DNA from: Saccostrea cucullata
Taxonomy: Eukaryota
Direction of reading: 5' to 3'
NCBI RefSeq assembly: GCF_032062105.1
Contig: NW_026919375.1
Coordinates: forward strand, 62,001 to 126,000
DNA: 64,000 nucleotides
Below are positions 12,995 to 26,334 of the stretch, in pieces; the first letter of the stretch is position 1; every line of letters starts with the position of its first letter. Position numbers and translations under genes: made by a program. The notes below the pieces were generated by a model, which was not told the origin of the DNA, made no database searches, and was given only the letters and a program-made list of their open reading frames with translations.

Positions 12995-13834
12995 ACCACT
13001 GGCGTCCCAGATTTACGTTTTTGAAACATTTTTTCCCTACCCTATATCGATTTTATTTGTATTGATGGTTTTGATGATTTAATGTCTTTTCTCGTACCAT
13101 CTCTGTTTTGATGCTGCATTTTAAACCAGTACTTCCCATATGAATGACCGGTTTAATCATATTAAAGTTCTCGAGCATGTTTATTCTAAAGCAACTGTGG
13201 TTATCAGATCTGCATGTTTGTCGAGCGTCCAGTCTAAACTTGCACTATTGTTGCATATAGAGATGTACACAATATTTGTTTGATGTGAGACTGCCTTTGT
13301 TAAACATAACATTCGTTGAAGTGAACTTTATAATATTTGATTAGCTTTGTTTTGATGTTAGCATGAAAGGATTTTCTGAAATGAGTACATCCTTCATTTA
13401 CTTTTTCCCTTTGCTACAGTATATTTGGAAACCAATTACTGCTAATCTCTCCGTGAAAAATTTACCTTAACAACAAAGAAAACACTAAGTCCCTTTACCA
13501 ATGCTCTGATTTGAGCCAGATTTAGTGATTGAAATTGGTCAAGTGGTTCTGTGACCCTTTTCAAAAAAAAATCTCACGTCTAAGACAAACATTTTCCTAT
13601 TCTCTAACAATTCTAAGCTGTAGCAGGTAAATGTAACAAAAATCTTGTCTATATATAGATTACATCCCAATAAATGATTTAGAAAATTAATATCTTTGTC
13701 AATCAAAAAATAACAGAGGTGTCAAATTTTTGTCGTGGTAAGATTTTTTGTGAAAAGAGCAACTGGAGAAATTGAAAATGTAAAGTATATGAAACAAACG
13801 ATGGACAAATGAACGGCACTCGGACAGTATTCCT

Positions 13835-13944
13835 GATATATCTCTAGCTGCTGAACTGTAGCTCTCCGGAAAAAATATACTGACTGACCGGACTGTCAAT
13901 ATATATTATTTTCGGAGAGCTACAGTTCTGCACGTAGATCTATC
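13835..13944. mobile_element. ~110-bp hairpin MITE
   Basis: Perfect 16-bp inverted arms GAACTGTAGCTCTCCG (13853-13868) / CGGAGAGCTACAGTTC (13913-13928), extended imperfectly in both directions. Confidence 0.7.
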
Positions 13945-15110
13945 TCATAAACCCCATTTTGCTCAGCATATCGCAATGCTACAGTATATTTGCAAACCAA
14001 TTATACCAACGACTTAAAATCAAAGTATTCTTCAAACATCGTGGAAAATTAATATGGACAACATCAAGCGTAAAGCCAAAAAGTTTAAATCAGATTAATT
14101 TGTATGTATGATTTCATTCAGAATGAAACAAAATATGCTACACTATTTTCACATTTTTGTTACTATCACTCATCTCGTTTAGACAATATAACATGGTTTA
14201 GTCGTGAACATGGTTTAGCTTTGATCGTGACACGCCCTTGATTTTACGTTTTAATGAAAACTATGAATGACAATTTTCATTAGGTTTAGACTGCTCGATG
14301 GTTTTAATTAAAGAAACTCCATGAATGACCAGAAATATACGCTCAGTGTAGGTTTTAACGATTTCCGTAGATTGCGACCGCAGCATATGGAACGATATAG
14401 AGACCTCAGATCTCAGACTCAAGTTAGCTAGCGAAGGTCTCATCATTCAATGTGCCTTAGGGGTAAAATTAGCCATCGCATATATATTTAAGATACTCTA
14501 ACTCCTGACATATAAGATTAAAGCATTTTGTTACCCAGGACATTGACGTCGTGCTGAAAGACATAATGATTTCTTTTAGAACATTATACAATGTAATTCT
14601 TAGGCAGAATTAGACCAATTTTTAAATTCGTAATTAATTTAGATCCTCGTCCAACATGTCCAAGGATCACACTAATGTTGTTGATTATAATTAGATATTA
14701 TATATGTTTCCTAACGGAGATATTTACTTTGCATCGCTATGAAACCTTGATTCACTTTTTGTTTGATCGGTATTCTTTCCACATCTCCTTAAAAGGTAAT
14801 ATTGGTTTTTAAAAAAAGAGCAATGGTATTATTCTTGATTTAAGGTAATCGTGAATGCTTCATTGGTACAAAACTAAGTACGGTTGTACGTACCTCACAA
14901 CTTGTGCCTTGAATCACAAATTTTAAAATTGCTAATTTTTCATACATATGCAACATCTGCTCTTTGAAATATACAATAACAATTATATCACTGGTAAAGA
15001 ATACTGTAATATTTTATGATTTGGAAATTAGTACAACCTGTTGCACTACGTACAACCTATGCCAATAGCTGTTACATTGTACAGTCATCGAAATGACAGT
15101 TTAGATGCAT

Positions 15111-15583
15111 AAACAAGACGCTCATGGGTCATAACGTTCACCTGAGTAACGAATTGCCCCTTTATTGTTATTTAACAATTTTTTCCGTAGATTTTTCTTA
15201 CATATACTCATGTCAAAATTTGTTCACACATTCGGGACCAACATTACCTAAGGGGATCATTATTTGCACAAAATTGTATCTGCTCTATGCCAGGTGGCTT
15301 TCGTTTATGTGCATCATTTCTTGCACAGTGCTTTTTAAGAAAAAGATACTTATATTACATCACTCAGTTTTTACTATTAGTTAAATATCTCTACTCGGAA
15401 GACGTATGTATGGCCCTTTGAATTGAGTTCACTTGAATCCTCTTCACCAAAGTATTCTCTGTGCCAAGTTTGACTCAGTGGTTGTGGAGAAAAAGATGAA
15501 ATTAAAGTTTACGACGACAGCGGCAGACAACGGACAAATATCAGAAAACTTCAGTTGGGCTTTCGGCTCAAATGATTTCAAAA
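15111..15583 (-). mobile_element. Degenerate Helitron-N/HINE element, same family as 38621-39536
   Basis: Starts AAACAAGACGCTCATGGGTCATAACGTTCACCTGAG and ends TCAGAAAACTTCAGTTGGGCTTTCGGCTCA, the reverse complements of the two ends of the 38621 element. More degenerate copies lie near 13440-13830 and 22128-22570. Confidence 0.7.
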
Positions 15584-15939
15584 TTGAAAATACCCGTGGC
15601 TTATTCAGAAAATACATAATACATTGTACTACCAAGTCTCTGATCAAATCAACATCCAATACATGTACAAGCGTTTGTCAGATTATGACAGTGAGTAAAC
15701 GGCTTGTGTAATGGGAAATATATTGGTAAGATACCACTGATCGCAATGTGATAATGAATAAGGAACGTCTACAACTAAATTGTAAAATTATGTATAACGG
15801 GTCCAAACTTTAAGTCTCTGCTGGGGATAAGTTGGACAAAGGCGGAAAAATTTGTGACATTCAAATCGAAAATATCAATACATCATCTCTGGTTTAAAGC
15901 AGTTTATTTTTTTATCCGTCAAATCCCGGTCATGTCTAG

Positions 15940-16108
15940 GGGCGCATGGCGGGTGTGACCGGTTGGCAGGAGATACTCACTCCTCATCGGCACCTGGTCT
16001 CACCCTTAATGTTTTTGGAGGTCTGTGCTTACGTTGCTCCAAATTTTTTTTACAATTGTTTATAGAACTTTAAAGTTTGAATACTGCTTTTTATCTCCAT
16101 ATATTTCA
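15940..16108 (+). mobile_element. Family S repeat copy
   Basis: GCATGGCGGGTGTGACCGGTTGGCAGGAGATACTCACTCCTC..GGCACCTGGTCTCACCC..TTATCTCCATATATTTCAT. Confidence 0.75.
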
Positions 16109-19100
16109 TTGCCTCATAGCAAATGGAGCACTTAGAAGGACATTGATTTCTGAAATGAATAAATACATTATATATTTTTCTTACTTCTTCAAAGACTGTA
16201 ATGCAATAATAAAGATTATGCTTCAATTTCTTTATTAAATATTTTATGGGATCGGGGGTATGATTTCATTTATTTTCATCATGGAATTCTCGTAATGGTA
16301 TTTAATTTTAGCAACCGCAATGCAGTGGTTAATTTTAGCATCAAAGTCGCAGATAGATATCAGTTTAAGTGTTATTGAATGTCCGACTGTCTTAATAAAT
16401 TAAACCACTAAAGATTATATCTACAAATGGTGTAGGAGTTTTGGAACAGTGTTTCGGTAGCTTTCATGATTTGAAAATCTCACTCTGTGCACTTATGGAC
16501 AATAGTTCAACTGATTCTGACTTTAATTTAACTGTTTGGTAAACCAGTTCATTAAAAGATTATATCATGTACATTTTATTGATTGATACTTGAATTAAAA
16601 TGTAAGGCAAAGTTCTTGAACAGTGTAATAACTACAAGGAATACCGGTAAAACAAAATTTTTAAATTACAATATCTACTTCATGAAATTCGCCTTAAAAT
16701 TATAAATGTTCATAAATCTACACCTCCACATACTAAATGCTTTATTTGACAGGGGTATAAAAAAGTTCAACTGCACCATAAAATTAAAACCGCTTTAACT
16801 TCGATAAATTTAATTTTACTGTTTGGTAACGAAACATCATAAATTTTATTTTCTAATAAATTAGTAATGTTTTTGTGAGCTATGTTATGTCCAGGCGGCG
16901 CAACCTCGAACATGACGTTTTTTCGATCTGAGTATTACCAAGAAAAAAAAAACATTTCACAATACAGTAAACTACATGTACTTTTAAATTTATTGATTGA
17001 CTTTTAGAAACTTGAATTAATCGTTAAAAGTAGTTGACACTGAGAAAAAGCGAAAAGATTCGACTTTGAACCTTTTTTTTTTTTTTTTTTCTGTCAACTT
17101 TTTTTTTGCCTGGCCCCCCCCCACCCCGCCACTGTTCAATAAAATTAGCAATTTTTACATAATTCTATAACATTTTATAGTGAATTTGTAAGAAGTGTCC
17201 AAACAATTAAGGGCTTAAAACAAAGAGATAGTTCTTTTTAATTCTATAAAGATTTGCCCCTGAAAAACAATGTGAATGTTTAAACTGGCTACAAACAAAT
17301 AAAATGCATCCAGAATACTTGTTTTTTAATGCCAAAATAGATTCAGAGAGAAAAGAGGTGCACAGTAAATGTAAAATTATAAATGTCAAAAAATCGTTGA
17401 TAAGATTTATTTAATATGCTAATATAACCAAGCGAGGATCTTTCCCAATGTATAAATCCATTTGCAACATTACATGCATTGAAAAGCTGCTTTAAAGTCA
17501 TATGCAGTCCTGTTTTAATTACGAGATAAGTGTTTGAGGTAGAAGAATCAGACATTGAAAGACAATGACGTTGTCTGACGTCATGAAACTGAACGGCAAC
17601 GTTAACAGCGCCGGGTGATCATATAATGTCCTTTCTATTCTATTGTCTTCCCACAAATTTTTATTAAAATAGAAAATTTGGTGTTATGAATTCATTTTTA
17701 TTACATTTTGTTAAATATGAATTTAGTTAAATAAATGAGAAAAATATAAAAACACATTTGTCAGAATGTAACAAAAAGCAGGTATTTTATCTTCAATTTG
17801 TCTAAGATTTCCTTGTTTATTCAGTATAAAACAGTTTTGATACAGGTGAAAAAAACATACAAATAAATTTTATTTTCTAATAAATTCAATAAGCATGATA
17901 ATTTTTGTGTTAATCTCTTTTGTGATTTTGTTATGTGTAGGCTAAGGGCGCAACCAGGTGTTCAAGTTTACTCAATTACCGTGACCATTTTTATGTCACG
18001 TGATCACTCTGTTTAATTAATCGTCTTTATTTGGAAAATTTTTACAACTTTCTTTTGTTAAGAAACTAAATTTGACATCCAAAAATCAGGTGAAAAGTGA
18101 TGGGACGATTTCAAAGAATAAACTTCAGTTATTAAAAATATAAATTCTTTGGATTTTTACAATTTTTATCATATAATATAATTGATTCATTTTCTATTAA
18201 AGCACTCTTTTTATAGAATAAATTTTAAAATATTAAGTATTTTATTGATAAGTATTTTTATGTATTTCCTAAAACAATAAAGTTTTTATTGTTGCATAAG
18301 TTTTATGCTTGAAAGTATTTGTATAGTTTATGGTTGTATGTTTTATTGTAATAAACGGGTTAAGCGACAGTCTCAAATAAATGTAGTGTTTTTAGAAATG
18401 TAATTTGAAATTTAGCGCCATTATATTCATTGTGCGCTCTTTAATATAAGGAGGTAAAAATGTTATTTGTTTGTATCGAAAAGCGCTGGAAAAAAAAAAA
18501 TGTGAGATAAGTTTAAAGCTTTTGATTGTTATGAACCTTTATAATTAAATGATTTTGCAGTTTCCACTTCAATGATCTATGATTAAAGTTAAAAGAAAAG
18601 TGTAAAGTAGATAATGTTTTATTTCAAATTTTCTCTATTTAGTAATTAATGCTACGAGACTGGCCGCTGTAACATTAGTAGTTTAGATTTATATTATATC
18701 TATGTACATGTAATTTTAGATTTCCATTTTACAGGGTAAATGTCCAACCCTTGTACAGTCAAGGATTAACTTTAAAACGTATTTTTATAATATTTTACAT
18801 TGTATTTGTAACTGGTGACTGTTTGTTTATAAGATTATTAAAACAATGACGATTTCAAAGAATAAACTTGTTATTAAAAATATATTATTTCTTTATTCTT
18901 TGGATTTTTACAGCCACCGTAGAGGGCAATCCAAGCAAAATATAGAGCAGTCCAAATAAGGAATATAACCAAGCGAGTGATTCCCCTAATAAATAAAATA
19001 CAACACAAGTTCACGTGTAACCCAAAATATCAACGTGACACTATAATAATTTGGCAAATAATGAACCTATCAAGCTAAAATTTTCAACATTTCTTCATGT

Positions 19101-19477
19101 TTTGTGGTTTCATGTTCCTGTTAAATTTTGAGAGCACGGACCACATAGTACATGTACTAAGTTTATTGCCTCAGTCCACGAACTTTTTGATAACCCATCG
19201 TAGATTCAGTGATGCCATGATTTTACAAGAAGTGAGTACGACTTACAAATCTCAAAAGAGGCGTTGTAAGAACAACCGGTAAACGAACAATCAAAACAAG
19301 GTCTTATAGGAAAAACTGATCGGCTTAACCAGACGCCTGTGGATATCATTTTTCACGACAGTCCTCAGCGAGTATAACCTTGTAAATTCCATATCTCGGC
19401 GCAAAAAAAATCCCTTAAATCAAATGAAAGATCTGTATACTACAAAAACTAATTATTAAATGAAAACACAAAAATTA

Positions 19478-20504
19478 CGAGGGCCGTTCAAAAATTACGC
19501 GGACTGTGCTATTATTTACTCTTACAGACGTCATATAGTTATGGAATTTTACAGAAATATACATCTTAAAGGTTCCAATAAATTTTGGGCAAAATTTCTA
19601 TATTTTAAAAAAATTCTACTAAAATTATCGGTATTTTGATATCGCTGATGGAGAGGTACGGAGCACGACAAAAAATTTAAAGCAAAAGCATGCAGAATCC
19701 AAAATTTAACTCATTCATTTTCTATAATTCGCGATATTTTTCGACAATTTTCTCAAATGTATCTTTAAATTGTTCTGTTATTATGTATTTATATTTCTGG
19801 CGTGATATTTGAAGTACTAACAGAAATAAAGTGATTTTTCTCTTATGCGATTCCAGTGAAAACGACTGTGAAAATGACGTCTCCAGAATTGACGGCGCAC
19901 CACACTTTAGTTAAATTATGTGTAATGCTCAAGATATCGCCAATATAGATCAAAAATATGCAGAATAAAACATGTAGTAAAGTAGGGTATTCGTGACATT
20001 CGTCCACAAATAGCAAGTTGAAATTTTAGACCGTTAGACCTCTGTAAAAAGGCTATACGGGAGGACGGGAAGAAGATTATAGACCAAAACTTTATCCGTA
20101 CTGTAAAGAACGTGATTGAGATTCACCAATATCACACTATATATTATAAATACCTGCATTTTTTTTTGTTTTAAAACAAAAAAAAAATTCTTTACTTGTG
20201 TAATAGATTTTAAGCTTGACAAGAAATATTGTTTGGACGTTGTGTAGATAAGGTAACTCAAACTGTACAGGTACTCTTGGGAAAATGTTTAGAAAATGAA
20301 AAAAAAAGATTTTGCTGCTCCGTGACTTAATGATATGTCTGAAAAATCACTCAAAATTGATACCAATTTACAACATTTTGATGTGAAATTTTGAAGACCA
20401 TATAAGTAAAGATTATTTTATATTATGTGTGACATAGTGCCCGATTATGTCGTCAAATATTTTTTTCTGTGCAACAAGTCCGCGTAATTTTTGAACGGCC
20501 CTCG
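19478..20504. mobile_element. Tc1/mariner-type MITE (1027 bp)
   Basis: Perfect 28-bp TIR CGAGGGCCGTTCAAAAATTACGCGGACT at both ends, TA on each side; no transposase ORF. Confidence 0.92.
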
Positions 20505-20606
20505 TAAAAAAAAAAAAAATCCATAACACGAGTGATCTACCACAAAGTGATCCTGTATATTCAGCGAAAGTATGTCACTCCTGACTCATGGCATAATATA
20601 TACCAT

Positions 20607-21356
20607 AAAGAAGATGGGGGAATAAGGCGGGCGAAGTGCCTATAGTGCGACAGATAAGAACTGAAAAATTTAATCTCAATTATATCTAAATTTTATTTGA
20701 TATTTCATTTAATATTAAAGTATAAGTTTTAATGTAAAATCTATACAATTTACAAAAAGCCTACAAAGACTGAAAATATTTGCCTATGAAAAAGCATACA
20801 CACACTAAAAAGAACAACATAGATCATTTTCTCATACTTTAACAATTTTTTTCAATATGAGTGGGTCTTCCCTCCATTTTTTTGAAAGATAATCCTAAAG
20901 GTTTGCAATATAAAATACATTTTTTGGTTTACAAAAACATGGAGCGAAGACCCACTATACCTTTAAAGTACACTTTTATGACAAAACGTTTGCATCTTTC
21001 CGAGAAATACTTCAAGTCCAGTAAATCAACGGTCATTACACAAACATGATTTAAATGCCTCAATTCAACAATAGTATTATAGCGTAGTGGTTAGCGCGTT
21101 AGTCTCAAAGCAGTATGATATGTCGGATTTTTATATTGCTTGGGGTTCGAGTCCCACGAATACCATCTAATATTTTTATAAAAGAAAAAAAAAATTACGA
21201 GATTTTTTTTTAATCTCAAAATAGGTTTTTTTTCATAATTTCATAAATTTCAATAGTGAGAAGTTAATTCAAATACTCAATTCACGTATTGAATATACTT
21301 TCTTAATATCCGACACTATAGGCATTCTGCCCGCCTTGTTCCCCCCATCTTCTTTT
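20607..21356. mobile_element. Non-autonomous TIR element carrying an internal tRNA-like module
   Basis: ~42-bp imperfect TIRs AAAGAAGATGGGGGAATAAGGCGGGCGAAGTGCCTATAGTG / CACTATAGGCATTCTGCCCGCCTTGTTCCCCCCATCTTCTTTT. Confidence 0.8.
21073..21165 (+). pseudogene. tRNA-derived sequence with Pol III A and B boxes; not a functional tRNA
   Basis: A-box TAGCGTAGTGGTTAGCGCG (21080), B-box GGGGTTCGAGTCCC (~21142), partial acceptor stem GTATT/AATAC; anticodon arm expanded and irregular. Confidence 0.65.
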
Positions 21357-22800
21357 GAGAAGTGACTTTTCGATAACTATACTTGTATAACATGACTCAA
21401 AATCATAATGAAAGATATAAAGAGGTCGTGAACAAACCTATTTTCAAAAGCTGACGAAATATTTGAATTAACTAGGGGGAGGTTAATGCAACGTTGTAAA
21501 TTGTGCATTTACCGCTACCTAATAATATTTTCAAGTCAGATAATATCTTCTGTGAAAAATCTCTCCAACAGAATTCTTGAACTCAAGTGAAAGAACTTCA
21601 AACCACAAAATGACGTTGCAATTCTTTAACTTATCTACAAAATTCTTTAACTCAAGGGCAAGATCTCTCTATAAAATAATGTCTTTTAAAAAGGAAACGA
21701 AGAAGGACTTATTTACTAGCATTTCAAACAAAACCTTCTGTCTCTAACTTTTCTTTATGTTTACCAGACTGGTGCTTATCCATTCAAAGAGACGTAACTG
21801 CAGTTATTATTCAAGATCTCTTGTTAACGCAGTGGAAAAAAAAAATATGTGAAGAATTTCTTTGAATTTTCTGTTTTAAAGAGGTCTTATTAAACATCAT
21901 TTTACATGTACATGTATTTAGTAGAACACATATTTGCATGTGACTTTGAGTGAAGTCATTATTAGAAGGGACGCACAAATAAACATATTTAGAGTAGCTT
22001 CTCTTTATATCTAAAATTTCAGTTTTCGAGTAGCTTCTCTTTATACATGTACAATGTATCTAAAATGTAAGCTTTCGAGGAATTTTTTTTTAAAAAAATT
22101 ACATATACGTACCCAAGGAGATATATCAACAAGAGTTGCTGAGTCACAATGGTCACCTAATTTAAGAGAACTTGCTATATGTTATTATTTTGTTTAAGAC
22201 TGGTTGTCCTCTGTGGCTTCATTCACCTCTGAGGATCATGATACGAACAAACACGAACCTTCTTTATATGGAATGAAGCTTTTGTCTAAGTTTCACGTTT
22301 TCTGGTGTAGTGGTTCTTGAAAAGAAATTTAAAAGATGCCATTAAATTTTCACTATTCTTTTTAAAAAAATATTTTTCCTCCTTAGGAAAAAAAGTTACG
22401 GTTCTTTTTAAAATTGAACAAACCTGAATTCATTTTTTCCAGGGATCATTGTTAAAACTAACTCAGTGGTTTTTCTGAAAAAGTTGAACATGTGAAGAGT
22501 TTACGACTACTATGACAACAATGACTACACACAAAAGCCTTTCTTTTTAATCAGAAAAACCCATCAATTTTAAAATAAAGTTTCCACATACATTTAGATA
22601 AATAATACACATGTTAATTTGATAAAAAATAACCGATATCTGATTATGAACGACAGGTTTAACTCATTGTGGGAGAACAGAAATAATGATGGTATATACT
22701 ACATGTAAGTATTCCAGCTTATGTACCGTGATTGTGGGCTATGTTAAAGATATGCTGATCAATTCAGATTCCTGTAAAAATGAATGCATATTTCTATTGT

Positions 22801-22960
22801 TGCAGGGCTTTGCGGGGGTGGTGGGATACATTTGACGAGTGAGGGATTTAAGAGGCCGTCCCTTGTAGAGAAGAGTTATATTACGATCAATAAATTCTAA
22901 AATTAACAATCTTCATGTATTTAATATATAATTTACCGGTAAGTCCCGCAAAGTGCTGTA
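22801..22960. mobile_element. Possible small degenerate MITE
   Basis: TGCAGGGCTTTGCGGG ... CCCGCAAAGTGCTGTA (13/16 inverted match). Confidence 0.4.
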
Positions 22961-23934
22961 AAAAATTATACAGATTTCTAATCTTTTTTTTTAAAATAAG
23001 GTATTCTATTAAACTATCATTACATGTATCCTGCGAAACGTGTTACGGAAAGAGGAATAACTCTTCTCTTCGAAAATAATCGGTTTAGATACCAATGAAT
23101 ATTGTTCTAGCTTCGTTTAAAAATGCATGAAAAAGATTGCTTGGTGTGAGTACTTTTCGGTTGTAATATAAATGATTTTATGTGAATTTTCCACTCCAGC
23201 TGCAAGTTGATTTTTCTTTAATACAATGTATAACTTTTTTTTTAACTTCGAACGACATGAGAAAATGAACTGTTTCTTAACTGATACTAAATTCAATCAT
23301 TTTTACTATATCAAACAGCGATTTAGTGTTCAGCATAATTCATCCACCTGTAAACATGCTACCAAAAGAACAATTAACATCAAGAATTCACTGCTTAGGA
23401 TTGGGTTTGAGGACTGCTGAATTTTATTCTTCTGTAAAAAAATAAAGAACAGGAAAGGCTGGTTTATAATCATTACAACAGAGCCCAGCAAGAAAAACAT
23501 AGATTTTAATCAACTACTTCTCTTTCAGGGGTTATTAATGATTCTAAATATAGAAGATGGAAAAGTTTTATTTTCAAACATTTATACTGTTCATACGGAG
23601 TATGTTATTGTGATATATTTTATTGGAGCCCGCAGGTAATCTGCAACTGACATGTGCGAGTTAGATTAAAGTGAATCGATGAAGAATATGTTACAAATTT
23701 GATACATGTAATATTAGTGCAAGCAGTCGTAAACACACATTTTTATAATGAAACGCACGAATCAATTACATTAGAACTATCATAAGAATATAATTTTTGC
23801 TAGCAAACTATTTTTTCATGTGGATGATGATCAAACCATCTAAATTCCTAGTTTCATTGTACTGGTATATTTAGTGCTCTCGGTCACCTTGAACAAAAGG
23901 TGTGTCGACGATAATAAGACGAAAAACGAACAGC

Positions 23935-24075
23935 ACAGCATGAGATAAGTCCATTCAAACATTATTAAACAGGAGAAAAGCAAACACGGAACTCACACAC
24001 ATCAAATGTGGGTTCAGGTGCCATTGAGGAGTGAACATCCCTTCCGACCGGTCAAATCTGCCATGTGTTCCTTGT
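23935..24075 (-). mobile_element. Family S repeat copy
   Basis: Reverse complement reads CACATGGCAGATTTGACCGGTCGGAAGGGATGTTCACTCCTCAATGGCACCTGAACCCAC. Confidence 0.7.
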
Positions 24076-25181
24076 TATAACGAAGAATACCAGAAAGCAG
24101 TAAACACTTTGTTAGGTTGCGAATTTCGTTTGAAAGACATTCTCGAAAGTAGCAGGGGGATCGGAAGGTTCGGAACCCGCTGGGACTTTTTAAATTAATT
24201 TTATACAAAAATTGGCCGGCTCAGATGGCGGTTCTTTGCCCACGAACCTTTCAAGCATAATATCTACCAAAGCTTTATGAACATTTCCTCTCAAATGAAC
24301 TTCAATAATAAAAGTGTGATAATTTGACATTGTTTATTCTTGTATATCTATATGTATGACTTTACTTCTGACATACATATAGACCGTTTTCATTTCATTG
24401 ATATGTATTACTGTTTGTTACCAGCAATTAAGCAAAAACTCGCCCATTATCAACCCCCATATTTTAGCTCACCTTTCATTCATGTAATTTTCAACAAAAT
24501 TAATGTTAATAACTTTAACCTGAAGAGACAGAGCTTCCACATGTGTACTTTACACGTGTTGCTTGAAACCTTTACGAATGCTCTTCATATTATAGCATGT
24601 TTTGCTTCAAAATCTTCAACTTTTCAGGATGACGGATAGACAAAACAACTCTATTATACTTCACCAAAACCAAGAAAACCCCAAAAGCAGTGGACCACGT
24701 TTATCTCTCGTTTCTTATAAGTTTTCAGTGCTAGGGTTTCGGAATGCTCAGATCATATATTTGTCTCTCGTCCACATTTTCAGTTATTGAACGCTCAGAA
24801 AGTAATTTGAATCGAAATAACTTATGTAATCTATGTGTTACCCTCTGTTGAGGTACGGGGAGACGATTAATTGTGATCGATAAAGGCTAAGTCTGGCAGA
24901 GGGGCTATTTACTGGGACGTTAACGTTATGGAAGCATTTCTATGTATAAATGTCATAATTATATTCCCAGCAAGAAGTTGTCAGCGCCCAGGCAAAGAAT
25001 TGACACTTGGTTATTTACATACTAGAATGTATTAAACTAAGTGTTTTATTCTTGATATATTGTGATTTTAGACCCATTTGGATGAATTCCACATTTTAAA
25101 AAAATGTCATTTCTAATTTACGTGTTAGTTATATAGACACGCCCAACAACCTAGCCAGTTCCTTAAATATATAATATTGGT

Positions 25182-26334
25182 AACAAGCAAATTCAAAGAA
25201 TTGTGGTCCCCCGCTTTCGGTGTCTTTGTGGGTGAGATGTCATTTTTTATGACATGTTGTGTCTAATATGAACACCAGTCATATGTCATTTATTTAGAAA
25301 TTATCACTGAAGTTGATTTTTTTTAAAAATAAGGTCAATTGTGAAGGTCAAGGTCAAGGGGTAAGAATTCATAGCATGCTCGGAAATATCTTGTCACAGG
25401 TAATGCACATGTCAAATATGAAAGTCCTATCTCTTCTCAATATAAGGAACAAGATGTGTTTGTGAAACACAGATGACCTCGTATGGCAAAATAACAAAGA
25501 TTTAACATTTCTTAAATCAAATGAAATTAATTTGATATTACCCAAAGTAGGGTTTTCAGACAAGAAATACGATTTTGAAATACAAAATCCCAACCCCAGC
25601 CCCCCCCCCCCAACCAATCCCAACCCCTGTTCAAAAGAAAGTTATGGCCAAGGATAAATCTTTGAAAGGTAGGTCAAACTCCTAGGTGAAATGATCTGAG
25701 TTGTTGATTTCTTAAAAAAGGTCACAAGTAATACATATGTGAAGGATGAAAACCCTAACCTTAACCGTTCAATAGTTTTGGCCAAGGTAAAAGTTTTGGA
25801 AAAGTAAGTCAATCTCCAAGATCAAGGTCAAAAGGTCAAAGTTCTTGGTATCCAATGAAAGGTCTTCTCATAAGGATTACATATGTGAAGTACGAAAGCC
25901 CTAGCCCTTACCATTCAAATGTTATGGTCAAGGTTAACCTTTTTTTCATAAGTACGGAAATCTCTAAGGTCAAGGTTAAAAGGTTAAAATTGTTGGTATC
26001 CAATGAAAGGCCTTTACACAAAAAATGCATATGTGAAATATGAAAGTCCTAGTTTCTACCATTCAAAAGATATGGCCAAAGTAAAAATTTGGACTTTTTT
26101 GTGTAAAGTGGGTCAAACTCCAAGGTCAAAAGGTCAAATATGGTGGTACCAAAAAAAGGTCTTCTCACAAGGGATACACAAGTGAAATATGAAAGTCATA
26201 GCTCCACTAAATCAAAAGTTATGGGCAAGGTTAAAGTTTTTGTGACGGACGGACAGTCGGACAGACTGATAGATTGACAGACAGACGAATGAGAATTAAT
26301 GTCCCCTCGCTTTTGCGAAAGCGGGGGACAAAAA
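25182..26334 (-). mobile_element. Helentron/DINE-like non-autonomous element (TGACCTTGA family), composite
   Basis: Ends AACAAGCAAATTCAAAGAATTG (stem-loop)..TCCCCCGCTTTCG and (GACA/GACG)n..GTCCCCTCGCTTTTGCGAAAGCGGGGGACAAAAA (subTIR plus inverted repeat); internal units of ~146-150 bp containing AGGTCAAGGTCA. Confidence 0.8.

Noticed and set aside
21073-21165. Intron-containing tRNA gene
   Set aside because: Acceptor and T stems are mismatched, there is no clean anticodon arm, and it lies inside a TIR element; kept only as tRNA-derived.
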